From Alkalilimnicola ehrlichii MLHE-1 (GTDB lineage Bacteria; Pseudomonadota; Gammaproteobacteria; Nitrococcales; Halorhodospiraceae), in the NCBI RefSeq assembly GCF_000014785.1, contig NC_008340.1, positions 2,670,001 to 2,702,000 of the forward strand: a stretch of 32,000 bases of DNA. Reading direction: 5' to 3'. The stretch's first letter is position 1. The number at the start of each line of letters is the position of its first letter. Below are positions 1 to 8,136 of this stretch, piece by piece. Under the pieces are notes generated by a model. That model was not told the DNA's origin and did no database searches. It saw nothing but the letters and a program-made list of their open reading frames with translations. A program made the position numbers and the translations under genes.

Positions 1-1
1 T

Positions 2-565
2 GGGGGTGACCCCGGGCCCGACCTGGTGGCCGGCGCCATCGCCCTGCAGCCTGCCGACCCGGCCCGCCCCAATCTCTACGAGCAGTTCGACCTGCTGACC
101 GGCATGCGCCAGGCCCGTTACGCCCGGCGCGGCTACGGCGCCACCGCCAACCTGCTGGTCCGGCGTGCGGTGTTCGAGGTCGTGGGCCCCTTCGATGCCG
201 GTCGCTACTCGGGGGGCGACGCGGAGTTCTGCCGCCGGGCGGTGGCCGCCGGGCACGCCCTGCACTACGCTGCCGGGGCCGTGGTGGCGCACCCGGCCCG
301 CGACAGTTGGCCTGCGCTGGCCGCCAAGGCCCGTCGGGTGAAGGGCGGCCAGATCGTCAACGGCCCCTACTGGCGGCGCGCCCTGTGGCTGCTGCGCACC
401 CTGGCGCCGCCCGTCGACCACTGCGCCCGCCTGCTGCGCCATCCGCGTCCACCGGCCGCCCCGGCCCGCCGACTGCGGCTCTGCGGCCTGCGCCTGGGCC
501 TGTGGGGGGTGGAACTGGCCGAGGTGATCCGCCTGAGCACCGGCGGCCGCCCCCGGCGCGGCTGA
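2..565 (+). CDS. Glycosyltransferase family 2, C-terminal part (5' end outside window)
   Basis: Open frame continues to the window edge; RRGYGATANLLVRRAVFEVVGPFDAGRYSGGDAEFCRRA resembles the C-terminal part of GT2 catalytic domains (GGDxEFCRRA acid motif). Confidence 0.7.
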   Translation, partial: GGDPGPDLVAGAIALQPADPARPNLYEQFDLLTGMRQARYARRGYGATANLLVRRAVFEVVGPFDAGRYSGGDAEFCRRAVAAGHALHYAAGAVVAHPARDSWPALAAKARRVKGGQIVNGPYWRRALWLLRTLAPPVDHCARLLRHPRPPAAPARRLRLCGLRLGLWGVELAEVIRLSTGGRPRRG

Positions 566-638
566 GGCAACGACGGCCCAGCGAGGCGATAATCATTCAT
601 GGCCCCGCCCCACTCGCGGGCCGGCAGAAAAGGACAGC

Positions 639-2450
639 ATGCCCGAGATACTGCGCAAAACCCTGGACCTGCTCACCGCCCGCGAGAAGCGCCGTGGCGC
701 GCTGGTGCTGGCGATGGTGGTGTGCATGGCGTTGCTGGAGACGGCGGGGGTGCTGTCGGTGGTGCCCTTTCTGGCGGTGCTGGGCAACCCGGAGGTGGTG
801 CACAACCAGCCGTTGCTGGCGGCCGCCTTCCGCTGGTCCGGGCTGGAGCGGGTGCAGGCGTTTCTGATCCTGCTGGCGCTGCTGGTCTTCCTGCTGCAGG
901 TGGTGGCGGCGGGTTTCCGTATGCTCACCCATTTCGTGCTCAACCGCTATATCGAGGGCCGCCGCCACAGCCTCAGCCAGCGGCTGCTGGAGACCTACCT
1001 GCGCCAGCCCTACACCTTCTTTCTCAACCGCAACAGCGCGGACATGACCAAGAGCATCCTCTCGGAGGTGGACATGTTCGTGCTGACGGTGATGCGCCCG
1101 CTGCTCTTCGCCACCGCCTACGCCATTGTCGCGCTGGCGATGATCGCCCTGCTGCTGTTCATCAACCCGTTGCTGGCCCTGGCGGTGGCGACCATCGTCG
1201 GCGGGCTGTACGCGCTGATGTTCCTGTCGGTGCGCGGCTGGCTGGGGCGGATCGGCCGCGAGCGCAGCCAGGCCAACCGCGAGCGCTTCGCCACCACCAG
1301 CGAGGTGCTGGGCGGGATCAAGGACATCAAGCTGCTGGGCCACGAGCAGGCCTATCTTTCGCGCTTCCGGCCGGCTTCGGCGCGCTTCACCCGCCACCTG
1401 GCCACCAGCGAGACGCTGGCCCAGATCCCGCGCTTCGCCATCGAGACGGTGGCGCTGGGCGGGGTGTTGATTCTCACCGTGGTGCTGATGGCCACCCACG
1501 GCGACGTGGGCGCCATGCTGCCCACCCTGGGGCTGTACGTATTCGCCGGTTACAAGCTGCTGCCGGCCATGCAGCATATCTATGCCGGGGTCAGTCGCAT
1601 GCGCTTTTCCGGTCAACTGGTGGCGGACATCCACGACGACCTGCGCGAGCGCCCGCGCCTGGCGCCCATCGACGGCGCACCGCCGGCACCGTTGCGGCCG
1701 CGGCGGGAGATCGCCCTGGAGGGCATCGATTTCACCTACCCCCAGGCCGATACCCCGGCCCTGCAGGGGATCGACCTGCACATCCCGGTGGGCCGGACGG
1801 TGGGGGTGGTGGGCAGCTCGGGCGCGGGCAAGACCACGCTGATCGATGTGCTGCTGGGGCTGCTGCTGCCCCAGGCGGGGCACATCCGGGTGGATGGCAC
1901 CGCCATCGATGACCGGCAGCGCCCGGCCTGGCGGCGGGCGTTGGGCTACGTGCCCCAGCATATCTTCCTGAGCGATGCCAGCGTGGCGGAGAACATCGCC
2001 CTGGGGGTGCCGCTGGAGCGCATCGACCACGCCGCGGTGGTGCGCTGCGCCCGGCTGGCGCACATCCACGAGTTCGTCTCGGGGTCGCTGCCCCGGGGTT
2101 ACGACACCCCGGTGGGTGAGCGGGGGGTCCGGCTCTCCGGTGGCCAGCGCCAGCGGCTGGGCATCGCCCGGGCGCTCTACCGCGACCCGGCGATCCTGGT
2201 CTTCGACGAGGCCACCAACGCCCTGGACAACGAGACCGAGCGGGAGGTGATGGCCGCGCTCTACGGCCTGGCGCGCAGCAAGACCATCATCATCATCGCC
2301 CACCGGCTCTCCACGGTGGAACGCTGCGACCACATCGTGATGCTGGAGCAGGGCCGGATCATCGACAGTGGCACCTTCGCCGAGCTGCTGCACAACCCGC
2401 GCTTCCGCCGTCTGGCCCAGGCCCGGCCGGGCGAGCCCGCCACCGGATGA
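639..2450 (+). CDS. ABC transporter, permease-ATPase fusion (MsbA/PglK-like flippase/exporter)
   Basis: N-terminal multi-TM region; Walker [10 protein letters not shown], signature [15 protein letters not shown], Walker [13 protein letters not shown]. No C39 peptidase domain at the N-terminus. Upstream AAAGGA RBS. Confidence 0.92.
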   Translation: MPEILRKTLDLLTAREKRRGALVLAMVVCMALLETAGVLSVVPFLAVLGNPEVVHNQPLLAAAFRWSGLERVQAFLILLALLVFLLQVVAAGFRMLTHFVLNRYIEGRRHSLSQRLLETYLRQPYTFFLNRNSADMTKSILSEVDMFVLTVMRPLLFATAYAIVALAMIALLLFINPLLALAVATIVGGLYALMFLSVRGWLGRIGRERSQANRERFATTSEVLGGIKDIKLLGHEQAYLSRFRPASARFTRHLATSETLAQIPRFAIETVALGGVLILTVVLMATHGDVGAMLPTLGLYVFAGYKLLPAMQHIYAGVSRMRFSGQLVADIHDDLRERPRLAPIDGAPPAPLRPRREIALEGIDFTYPQADTPALQGIDLHIPVGRTVGVVGSSGAGKTTLIDVLLGLLLPQAGHIRVDGTAIDDRQRPAWRRALGYVPQHIFLSDASVAENIALGVPLERIDHAAVVRCARLAHIHEFVSGSLPRGYDTPVGERGVRLSGGQRQRLGIARALYRDPAILVFDEATNALDNETEREVMAALYGLARSKTIIIIAHRLSTVERCDHIVMLEQGRIIDSGTFAELLHNPRFRRLAQARPGEPATG

Positions 2451-2453
2451 GCC

Positions 2454-3449
2454 ATGCTCCACCTGGTCACCCGCGCCGACTGTGATCACACCGCGCGCCG
2501 CTTCCTGTCGGCGGCGGGCCGCCGCCTGCGCGGGGTGCGCTTGCTGCACTATGAAACGCTGCTGCGGCGCCGGCGCGCCCCGTTGGGCCATTACATCTTC
2601 ACCGATTACGACCGGCTGACCGGCGCCGACGTGGACGCGGTGATCGCCCTGGCCGACGCGCTGGCGGCGCGCCGGCCGGACCTGCGCCTGCTCAACCACC
2701 CGCGCCGGGTGCTCGAGCGGGTGCCCCTGCTCTGCCGGCTGGAGGCGCTGGGGCGGAACGATTTCGGCGTGGTGCGGCTGGACACCGGGGCCCGGCCCCG
2801 GCGCTACCCGGTGTTCATCCGCAGTGAGGACGGCTGCGGCGGCCCGGAGACGGGGCTGATCCACGACGAGGCCGAGTTCGATGCCGCGCTGCGCGAGCTG
2901 GACCGCCGCGGGCTGACGCTGAAGCGGCGGATCGCCGTGGGCTTTTGCGCCGAACCCGACGCGCAGGGGCGCTATCGCAAGTACGGCGCGATGAACATCG
3001 GCGGGCGCATCATCCCGCAGCACCTCCATTGCAGCACGGACTGGAACGTGAAGTGGGGCCAGACCCGCTACCAGGCGGCGCTGGCGGCCGAGGAGGTGGA
3101 CTATCTGCGCGATAACCCCCACCGGGAACAGTTGCTGGAGATCTTCCGCATCGCCGGCATCGATTACGGGCGCATCGACTACGGCTTCGCCCGCGGCCGA
3201 CTGCAGACTTACGAGATCAACACCAACCCGGCCCTGCCGCGCTTTACCAGCCGCCATGGGCTGCGCGCCGGCCGCCACGACCTGATCCGGCCGGCGATGA
3301 TCGAGGCCTTCCAGGCCCTGGACGATCCGCCGGTGCCCCGGGGCCGGGTGCGCTTCCGCTGGGCGGACGACGGCGGGCCGAGCCTCTCCGCGCTGCGGCG
3401 CTCGATCCTCTACCGCCGGCTGCGCCAGCTCTACCACCGCTGGCTGTAG
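2454..3449 (+). CDS. ATP-grasp-like protein (paralogue of 11475..12446)
   Basis: YIFTDYDRL, NDFGVVRLD, YPVFIRSED, IGGRIIPQ, IDYGRIDYGFARGRLQTYEINTNP blocks; starts 4 nt after the ABC gene stop. Confidence 0.65.
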   Translation: MLHLVTRADCDHTARRFLSAAGRRLRGVRLLHYETLLRRRRAPLGHYIFTDYDRLTGADVDAVIALADALAARRPDLRLLNHPRRVLERVPLLCRLEALGRNDFGVVRLDTGARPRRYPVFIRSEDGCGGPETGLIHDEAEFDAALRELDRRGLTLKRRIAVGFCAEPDAQGRYRKYGAMNIGGRIIPQHLHCSTDWNVKWGQTRYQAALAAEEVDYLRDNPHREQLLEIFRIAGIDYGRIDYGFARGRLQTYEINTNPALPRFTSRHGLRAGRHDLIRPAMIEAFQALDDPPVPRGRVRFRWADDGGPSLSALRRSILYRRLRQLYHRWL

Positions 3450-3526
3450 CGGGCGACGGGCGACCGTGCGCCCGGCCCGGGGGTGGACTAGGGTGAATGG
3501 ATGACCACACCGCCCCAGGAGGGAGC

Positions 3527-4897
3527 ATGCGCCGTCCAGACGAGGGCACCCTTGCCCGTATCGCCGAGGCCCTGGCATTCACGCCCACGGCAGCCTACTC
3601 GGCCCCCCACGATTACCCGCACGCCGCGAACACCTTCGAGCCGGCGCCCCGGCTGGCCCGGGAGCGGGTGGACGCGGACGTCTACCGACTCTATGCCCAT
3701 GTGCCCTTCTGCAACTACGCCTGCTCCTTCTGCTGCTACGCCAAGAAAGTGGGTGTGGAGCGCGAGCAGATGGCGCGCTACGTGGCGACCCTGAAGCGGG
3801 AGCTGGAGTGGATTCCCGAAGGCACCCCGGTGAACCAGTTCTTTATCGGCGGCGGCACCCCCACGGCGCTGCCCGCCGACCTGCTTGATGAACTACTGGG
3901 CGCCATCGCCGGGCGGATGCCCTACCACGGCGACCCGGTGCACACGGTGGAGGCCTCGCCGGAGTCCATCAGCGACGCCCATCTGGCGGTGTTGCAGCGC
4001 CACGGGGTGCGGCGGGTGAGCATGGGGGTGCAGAGCCTGGATGATGAGGTGCTGGATTCGGTACGCCGCAGCCACGGGCCGGATCTGGCGCTGGAGACCT
4101 GCCGGCGGATTATCGATGCCGGCCTGATCCTCAACATCGATCTGATATACGGCCTGCCGGGCCAGACCCACGCCGGCTTCCGGCGCGATTTCCAGCGGGT
4201 GGCGGACGCCGGGGTGCACGCGGTGACCGCCTACAACCTGCGCCTGAATGAACGCACCCCGGTATCCCGGGCCCTGAGCCCGGGGGAGCGGTTCGACATC
4301 GCCGGGCTGATGGGGTGGCGGGCCTTCGTCCGTGACACCGCCGCCGAGTTCGGCTTCTCCCAGACCCGCTGGCATACCTTCAAGCGCCTGGACACCATCG
4401 CCGCCCGCCACCAGTGGCTGCCCACCGCCGGGGCGGACATGCGGGGCCACCAGTTCGGCATCGGCATGAGCGCCCGTTCGTCGCTGGGCCACAACGTCTA
4501 CCGCAACCACCACAATCTGGAAACCTACATGGCGCGGGTGCGGGACGGCGAAAGCCCGGTGCAGGAGGTGATCCGCCTGGGGCCGCAGGACCTGCGCACC
4601 CAATTCATCGCCCGCAGCCTGGGCGACGGCCAGGTGCTGTCCAAGGCCCGCTACGCCGAGGTGTTCGGCAACGCCATCGAGGCCGACCACGGCGAGACGC
4701 TGGCCCGGTTGGCCGCCGGCGGGCTGTTGGCCGACACCGAATCCTCGGTCAGCCTCACCGAGGACGGCCGCCTGTTGCACGACCTGGTCACCCTCTCCTT
4801 CTACCCCGGGCCGGCCCGGCAGCGGCTGCTGCAGCGGCTGGACACCTTCCAACTCACCGATCTGAGTGACCGCCGGCCCCGGCCAGCCCTTCAATAA
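3527..4897 (+). CDS. HemN/HemW-like radical SAM protein
   Basis: HVPFCNYACSFCCYAKK (CX3CX2C), FFIGGGTPT, VSMGVQSLDDEVL, NIDLIYGLPGQT. Start chosen at an ATG preceded by GGAGGGAGC; the ORF extends to 3497. Confidence 0.85.
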   Translation: MRRPDEGTLARIAEALAFTPTAAYSAPHDYPHAANTFEPAPRLARERVDADVYRLYAHVPFCNYACSFCCYAKKVGVEREQMARYVATLKRELEWIPEGTPVNQFFIGGGTPTALPADLLDELLGAIAGRMPYHGDPVHTVEASPESISDAHLAVLQRHGVRRVSMGVQSLDDEVLDSVRRSHGPDLALETCRRIIDAGLILNIDLIYGLPGQTHAGFRRDFQRVADAGVHAVTAYNLRLNERTPVSRALSPGERFDIAGLMGWRAFVRDTAAEFGFSQTRWHTFKRLDTIAARHQWLPTAGADMRGHQFGIGMSARSSLGHNVYRNHHNLETYMARVRDGESPVQEVIRLGPQDLRTQFIARSLGDGQVLSKARYAEVFGNAIEADHGETLARLAAGGLLADTESSVSLTEDGRLLHDLVTLSFYPGPARQRLLQRLDTFQLTDLSDRRPRPALQ

Positions 4898-6044
4898 AGC
4901 GCCGGGCACCGCGGGCCCCGTCCAGATCGACGCCGGGGTCCGCGGGCGGCGCGTCCCGCAGCGCCCGCAGCTCATCGGCCACTGCCGCCACCGAGAAGGC
5001 CTCCGGGCGAAGCAGCCGCGCCAGCCCCCGTGCCTGCAGCCGTTCCGCCCGGCGTAACTGGTCGGACATGGCGGTATTGGGGACCAGTAGGGCCGGCCGG
5101 CGAAGCTGCAGCAACTGAGCACAGGTGTTGTAGCCGGCACAACTGATGGACAGCGCCGCCCCGCGCAGCCAGGCGCTGTACGCTGGGCCGAAGGGGTGCA
5201 ACGACAGCGCCGGCTGCCCCGCCACTGCGCGCGCCAGGGCCGGGTCCGGCGGGCCCAGGCCGCTGAACAGCGCCAGCGGCAGATCATCCAGGCCGGCCCG
5301 ACGACGGATGGCCGGCCAGTGCGCCGCCAGCCGGGCGAGCAGCGCCGCGGCGTCGCGCCCGCCGCCGATGCTGGCCACGGCGTAGGGCGACGGACCGGCA
5401 GTGGCGCCGGCCGCCCCTGCCGGCGCATCCGGGGCCAGGTCCGGACCTGGTGGGACCAGCCCGGTATGGCCCACCGACAGGCGGATGCGGCCGGCGGCCG
5501 GAAAGGCCTCCTCCAGCCGGCACAGGCCGGGGTCGGCGTGGACCATCACGGCGTCGAACCACTGGTGCAGCCGCGCCAGCACCTCCCGGACGTAGTCGCC
5601 GGCCGGGACTGGCTCGTGGCGGGTCTGCAGCGGGATATCCCGCACCGAGCAGACGGCGAGCAGGGCCGGGTTGCGCCGGCGGGCGGCCGCCAGCAGCCCG
5701 GTGACCTCCGCCCCCAGGCCCCACTTGCTGAAGGGGTAGTGCTCGACGATGACCACGTCCGGGGCCAAGCGGGCCACCGCGCCGGCCAGCCGCCGGGCGC
5801 GCTCCGGCCAGACAGCGGCGGCGGGCCTGCCGTCCAGGGTCTCCAGCCGGCCCTCCCGGCGCCGGAGGCGGGGCAGTGCCAGCAGCCGTCCGCCACCGGG
5901 GTCGGCGCCGGGAATGGACCGACCGCCGTCGCTGAGCCAGACCGTGTGGTGGCGCGCCAGCTCCCGGGTCAGCGCGAGGCCGCGCATGTAGTGGCCGACC
6001 CCGCTGAGGTGCTGGCAGTGGAAGAGGATGCGCAGGCGGGTCAC
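4854..6044 (-). CDS. Predicted GT28/MurG-like glycosyltransferase
   Basis: HCQHLSGVGHYMRGLALTREL N-terminus; SISCAGYNTCAQLLQLRRPALLVPNT C-terminal nucleotide-sugar binding-like block. 3' end overlaps the convergent radical SAM gene. Confidence 0.7.
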   Translation of the reverse strand: MTRLRILFHCQHLSGVGHYMRGLALTRELARHHTVWLSDGGRSIPGADPGGGRLLALPRLRRREGRLETLDGRPAAAVWPERARRLAGAVARLAPDVVIVEHYPFSKWGLGAEVTGLLAAARRRNPALLAVCSVRDIPLQTRHEPVPAGDYVREVLARLHQWFDAVMVHADPGLCRLEEAFPAAGRIRLSVGHTGLVPPGPDLAPDAPAGAAGATAGPSPYAVASIGGGRDAAALLARLAAHWPAIRRRAGLDDLPLALFSGLGPPDPALARAVAGQPALSLHPFGPAYSAWLRGAALSISCAGYNTCAQLLQLRRPALLVPNTAMSDQLRRAERLQARGLARLLRPEAFSVAAVADELRALRDAPPADPGVDLDGARGARRFIEGLAGAGGHSDR

Positions 6045-6054
6045 CGGGTCGCGC

Positions 6055-7287
6055 TCAGGGCTGGAGCAGCGCGATGATCTGCTCTTTGAGCGGGCTGTAG
6101 CGCACGTGGCTCATCTCGATGGCCTCGCGCAGCAGCCGGCGGCCGTCGCCGAGCTTGTTCCGCTCTTGGGCGAAGCGGATGACCCGGTTTTCCGCCTCAT
6201 CGCGGATCACGCCCATGGGATCCAGCCCGTCGGCCACCCGCTGCGCCTGCTCCAGCAGCAGGCGCCGGTAGAGCACGATGCCCTTGTCCGAGGCCACCAG
6301 CCGCTCGCGGGTGCGGTCGGCGATGGCGCCCTGACTCACCCAGACCATGATGTCGCCGCCATCGACGAAGTCGACGATGTAGTCGCCGTGCTCATCCCGC
6401 CAGGGCACCGGGTAAAGGGGGATCTCGCGCTGGGGCGGCGCGCTGCGGCCCTCCGGCGGGAGGTAGCAGGCATACCAGTAGTGGCGGGTGTGGGTGTCAT
6501 CCATCGGCACGCGGAACTGGAAGCGGTGCTGGTTGCCGGTGCCCACCCTTAAGGCGCAGGGGAAGATCAGCGGATGGCCGGTGCGCCAGTCTTCGTCCTC
6601 CTCGCTGCCCCCCGCCACGATCCGCCGCTTGATGATGCCGTACTCAAAGACATCGAACCCGATGCGCTGGTGGTGCTTAAGGTACTGGGTGGGGGCGGGC
6701 TCGCCGCGCTCGCTGCGCACCCCGGCCAGGTGGTGGCCGTGGAGCCACTCCACGTGCGCCGGGTCGACGCTGTTCTCCATGATCTGCAGCCAATTGCAGG
6801 GCAACTCGGCGACACCGATGTCGCGCAGGGCATCGTCCTGCAGCAGCAGGTCGTAGCGGGGCAGCAACGGCGCGGGATCGGGCCCGATGTAGGCAAACAC
6901 CAGGCCGCCCAGCTCCTGGACCGGGAAACCCCGGGTGGCCGCGCGCCGGAGCAGCGCCGGCTTCTGTCGCGGCTCGGCGGGCATGGCCAGGCAATGGCCG
7001 TGGTGGTCGAACTTCCAGCCGTGGTAGGGGCAGGCGATGCCCTCCTCATCCACGTGGCCGCACCGCAGGGAGGCGCCGCGGTGGGTGCAGTGCTCGTCGA
7101 TCAGCCCCAGCCCGCCGGCCGGCGTGCGGAAGAGCACCAGGTCCTCGCCCAGCAGCCGGCGGGCCAGGGCCCGGCCGGGACGCACCTCCACGCTGGCGGC
7201 CAGCGGCCACCAGTAGCGGCGCAGCAGCTCGCCCATGGTCGTGCCGGGGCCGATGCGGGTGAGGGTCTCCTGGCGCTCCGGGGTCAT
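6055..7287 (-). CDS. Rieske [2Fe-2S] aromatic-ring-hydroxylating-type oxygenase
   Basis: Rieske motif CTHRGASLRCGHVDEEGIACPYHGW and mononuclear iron motif ENSVDPAHVEWLHGHH. Confidence 0.9.
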   Translation of the reverse strand: MTPERQETLTRIGPGTTMGELLRRYWWPLAASVEVRPGRALARRLLGEDLVLFRTPAGGLGLIDEHCTHRGASLRCGHVDEEGIACPYHGWKFDHHGHCLAMPAEPRQKPALLRRAATRGFPVQELGGLVFAYIGPDPAPLLPRYDLLLQDDALRDIGVAELPCNWLQIMENSVDPAHVEWLHGHHLAGVRSERGEPAPTQYLKHHQRIGFDVFEYGIIKRRIVAGGSEEDEDWRTGHPLIFPCALRVGTGNQHRFQFRVPMDDTHTRHYWYACYLPPEGRSAPPQREIPLYPVPWRDEHGDYIVDFVDGGDIMVWVSQGAIADRTRERLVASDKGIVLYRRLLLEQAQRVADGLDPMGVIRDEAENRVIRFAQERNKLGDGRRLLREAIEMSHVRYSPLKEQIIALLQP

Positions 7288-8027
7288 GGCCGCCCCTGCC
7301 CCCGCGCGCCGCTCTCCGGCGCGCCACCGGCTTCGGCACCCGGGAAGCGCCGGCGCAGCCCCTCCGGGTCACCGGGTCGACCCTGGACCAGGGTGAGCCC
7401 GCTGGCCACCGGCAGGGTGAACAGCTCCAGCCCGGGATCGGCGCGCAGGGCCGCCATCAAGTCGCAGACGCTGTGCTGGTAGGCCCGGTCCTCGCCGTAG
7501 AAGGTGCTGGTCCGGCGTACGGTGCTGTCGTGGAACAGGGTGATGGCGCCGGTATCCAGCTTGGGGAGGAAGGCCAGGTAGTCGTAACAGGCCTGTGCCG
7601 CGGTGTGCAGTCCGTCCACCATCAGCAGCCCCACCGCGCCCAGTCCGGCGTAGGCCGGGTCGGCCGCGAAGGACTGCGTGGTGTGGCGGTGGTGGCGCAC
7701 GTTGGGTGTGCCCAGGGCGTCGAAATGGGCCTCCACGGCGCCGGGATCGGCCCAGAAGCCGTCGGCGAAGGAGGGGTCGATGAAGTGGACCTCGCCGCGC
7801 TCCTGGTTGTCGTTCAGCGCGCGGGCGATGACGCTGGGCGCGAAGCCCCGGTAGGACCCGATGACCACCGCCCGCTCCGGCCTAAGGATGCGGCCCAGGG
7901 CGTAGTAGAGCCAGCCCAGGCCCAGGTTGTGGTCGGCCAGGCGCTGGCCGTGCCCCATGCGCAGCAGATCCGGCTGCTCGAACAGCCGGCCGATGAAGCC
8001 ATCCAGGGTGGTGGCGGGGTCGGTCAT
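7284..8027 (-). CDS. Class I SAM-dependent methyltransferase-like protein (Methyltransf_24/cephalosporin-hydroxylase-like)
   Basis: AVVIGSYRGFAPSVIARAL, VHFIDPSFADGFW, GLLMVDGLHTAAQACYDYLAFLPKLDTGAITLFHDS; ATGA overlap with the Rieske gene. Confidence 0.65.
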   Translation of the reverse strand: MTDPATTLDGFIGRLFEQPDLLRMGHGQRLADHNLGLGWLYYALGRILRPERAVVIGSYRGFAPSVIARALNDNQERGEVHFIDPSFADGFWADPGAVEAHFDALGTPNVRHHRHTTQSFAADPAYAGLGAVGLLMVDGLHTAAQACYDYLAFLPKLDTGAITLFHDSTVRRTSTFYGEDRAYQHSVCDLMAALRADPGLELFTLPVASGLTLVQGRPGDPEGLRRRFPGAEAGGAPESGARGQGRP

Positions 8028-8136
8028 CTAGGGTGTTTTCCCGGCATTGGCGGTGAATGGGTTGGAATCAGGCCTTCTAGGACTAATCGACCATGGGCCC
8101 ACCGCTGTCAAGCGGTTGCGGCCCGCCACCCGCGGC

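Noticed and set aside
639-2450. Dedicated peptidase-containing RiPP exporter
   Set aside because: The N-terminus has no C39 Cys/His peptidase domain and the neighbourhood is glycan-like; annotated only as a flippase/exporter.
597-3578. 993-aa minus-strand ORF and many other long antisense ORFs (e.g. 8047..9696, 12455..13720, 16084..17175, 21115..22401)
   Set aside because: They lie opposite genes with clear conserved motifs, are rich in Pro/Arg/His/Gln low-complexity sequence and have no recognisable domain. They are high-GC shadow ORFs.
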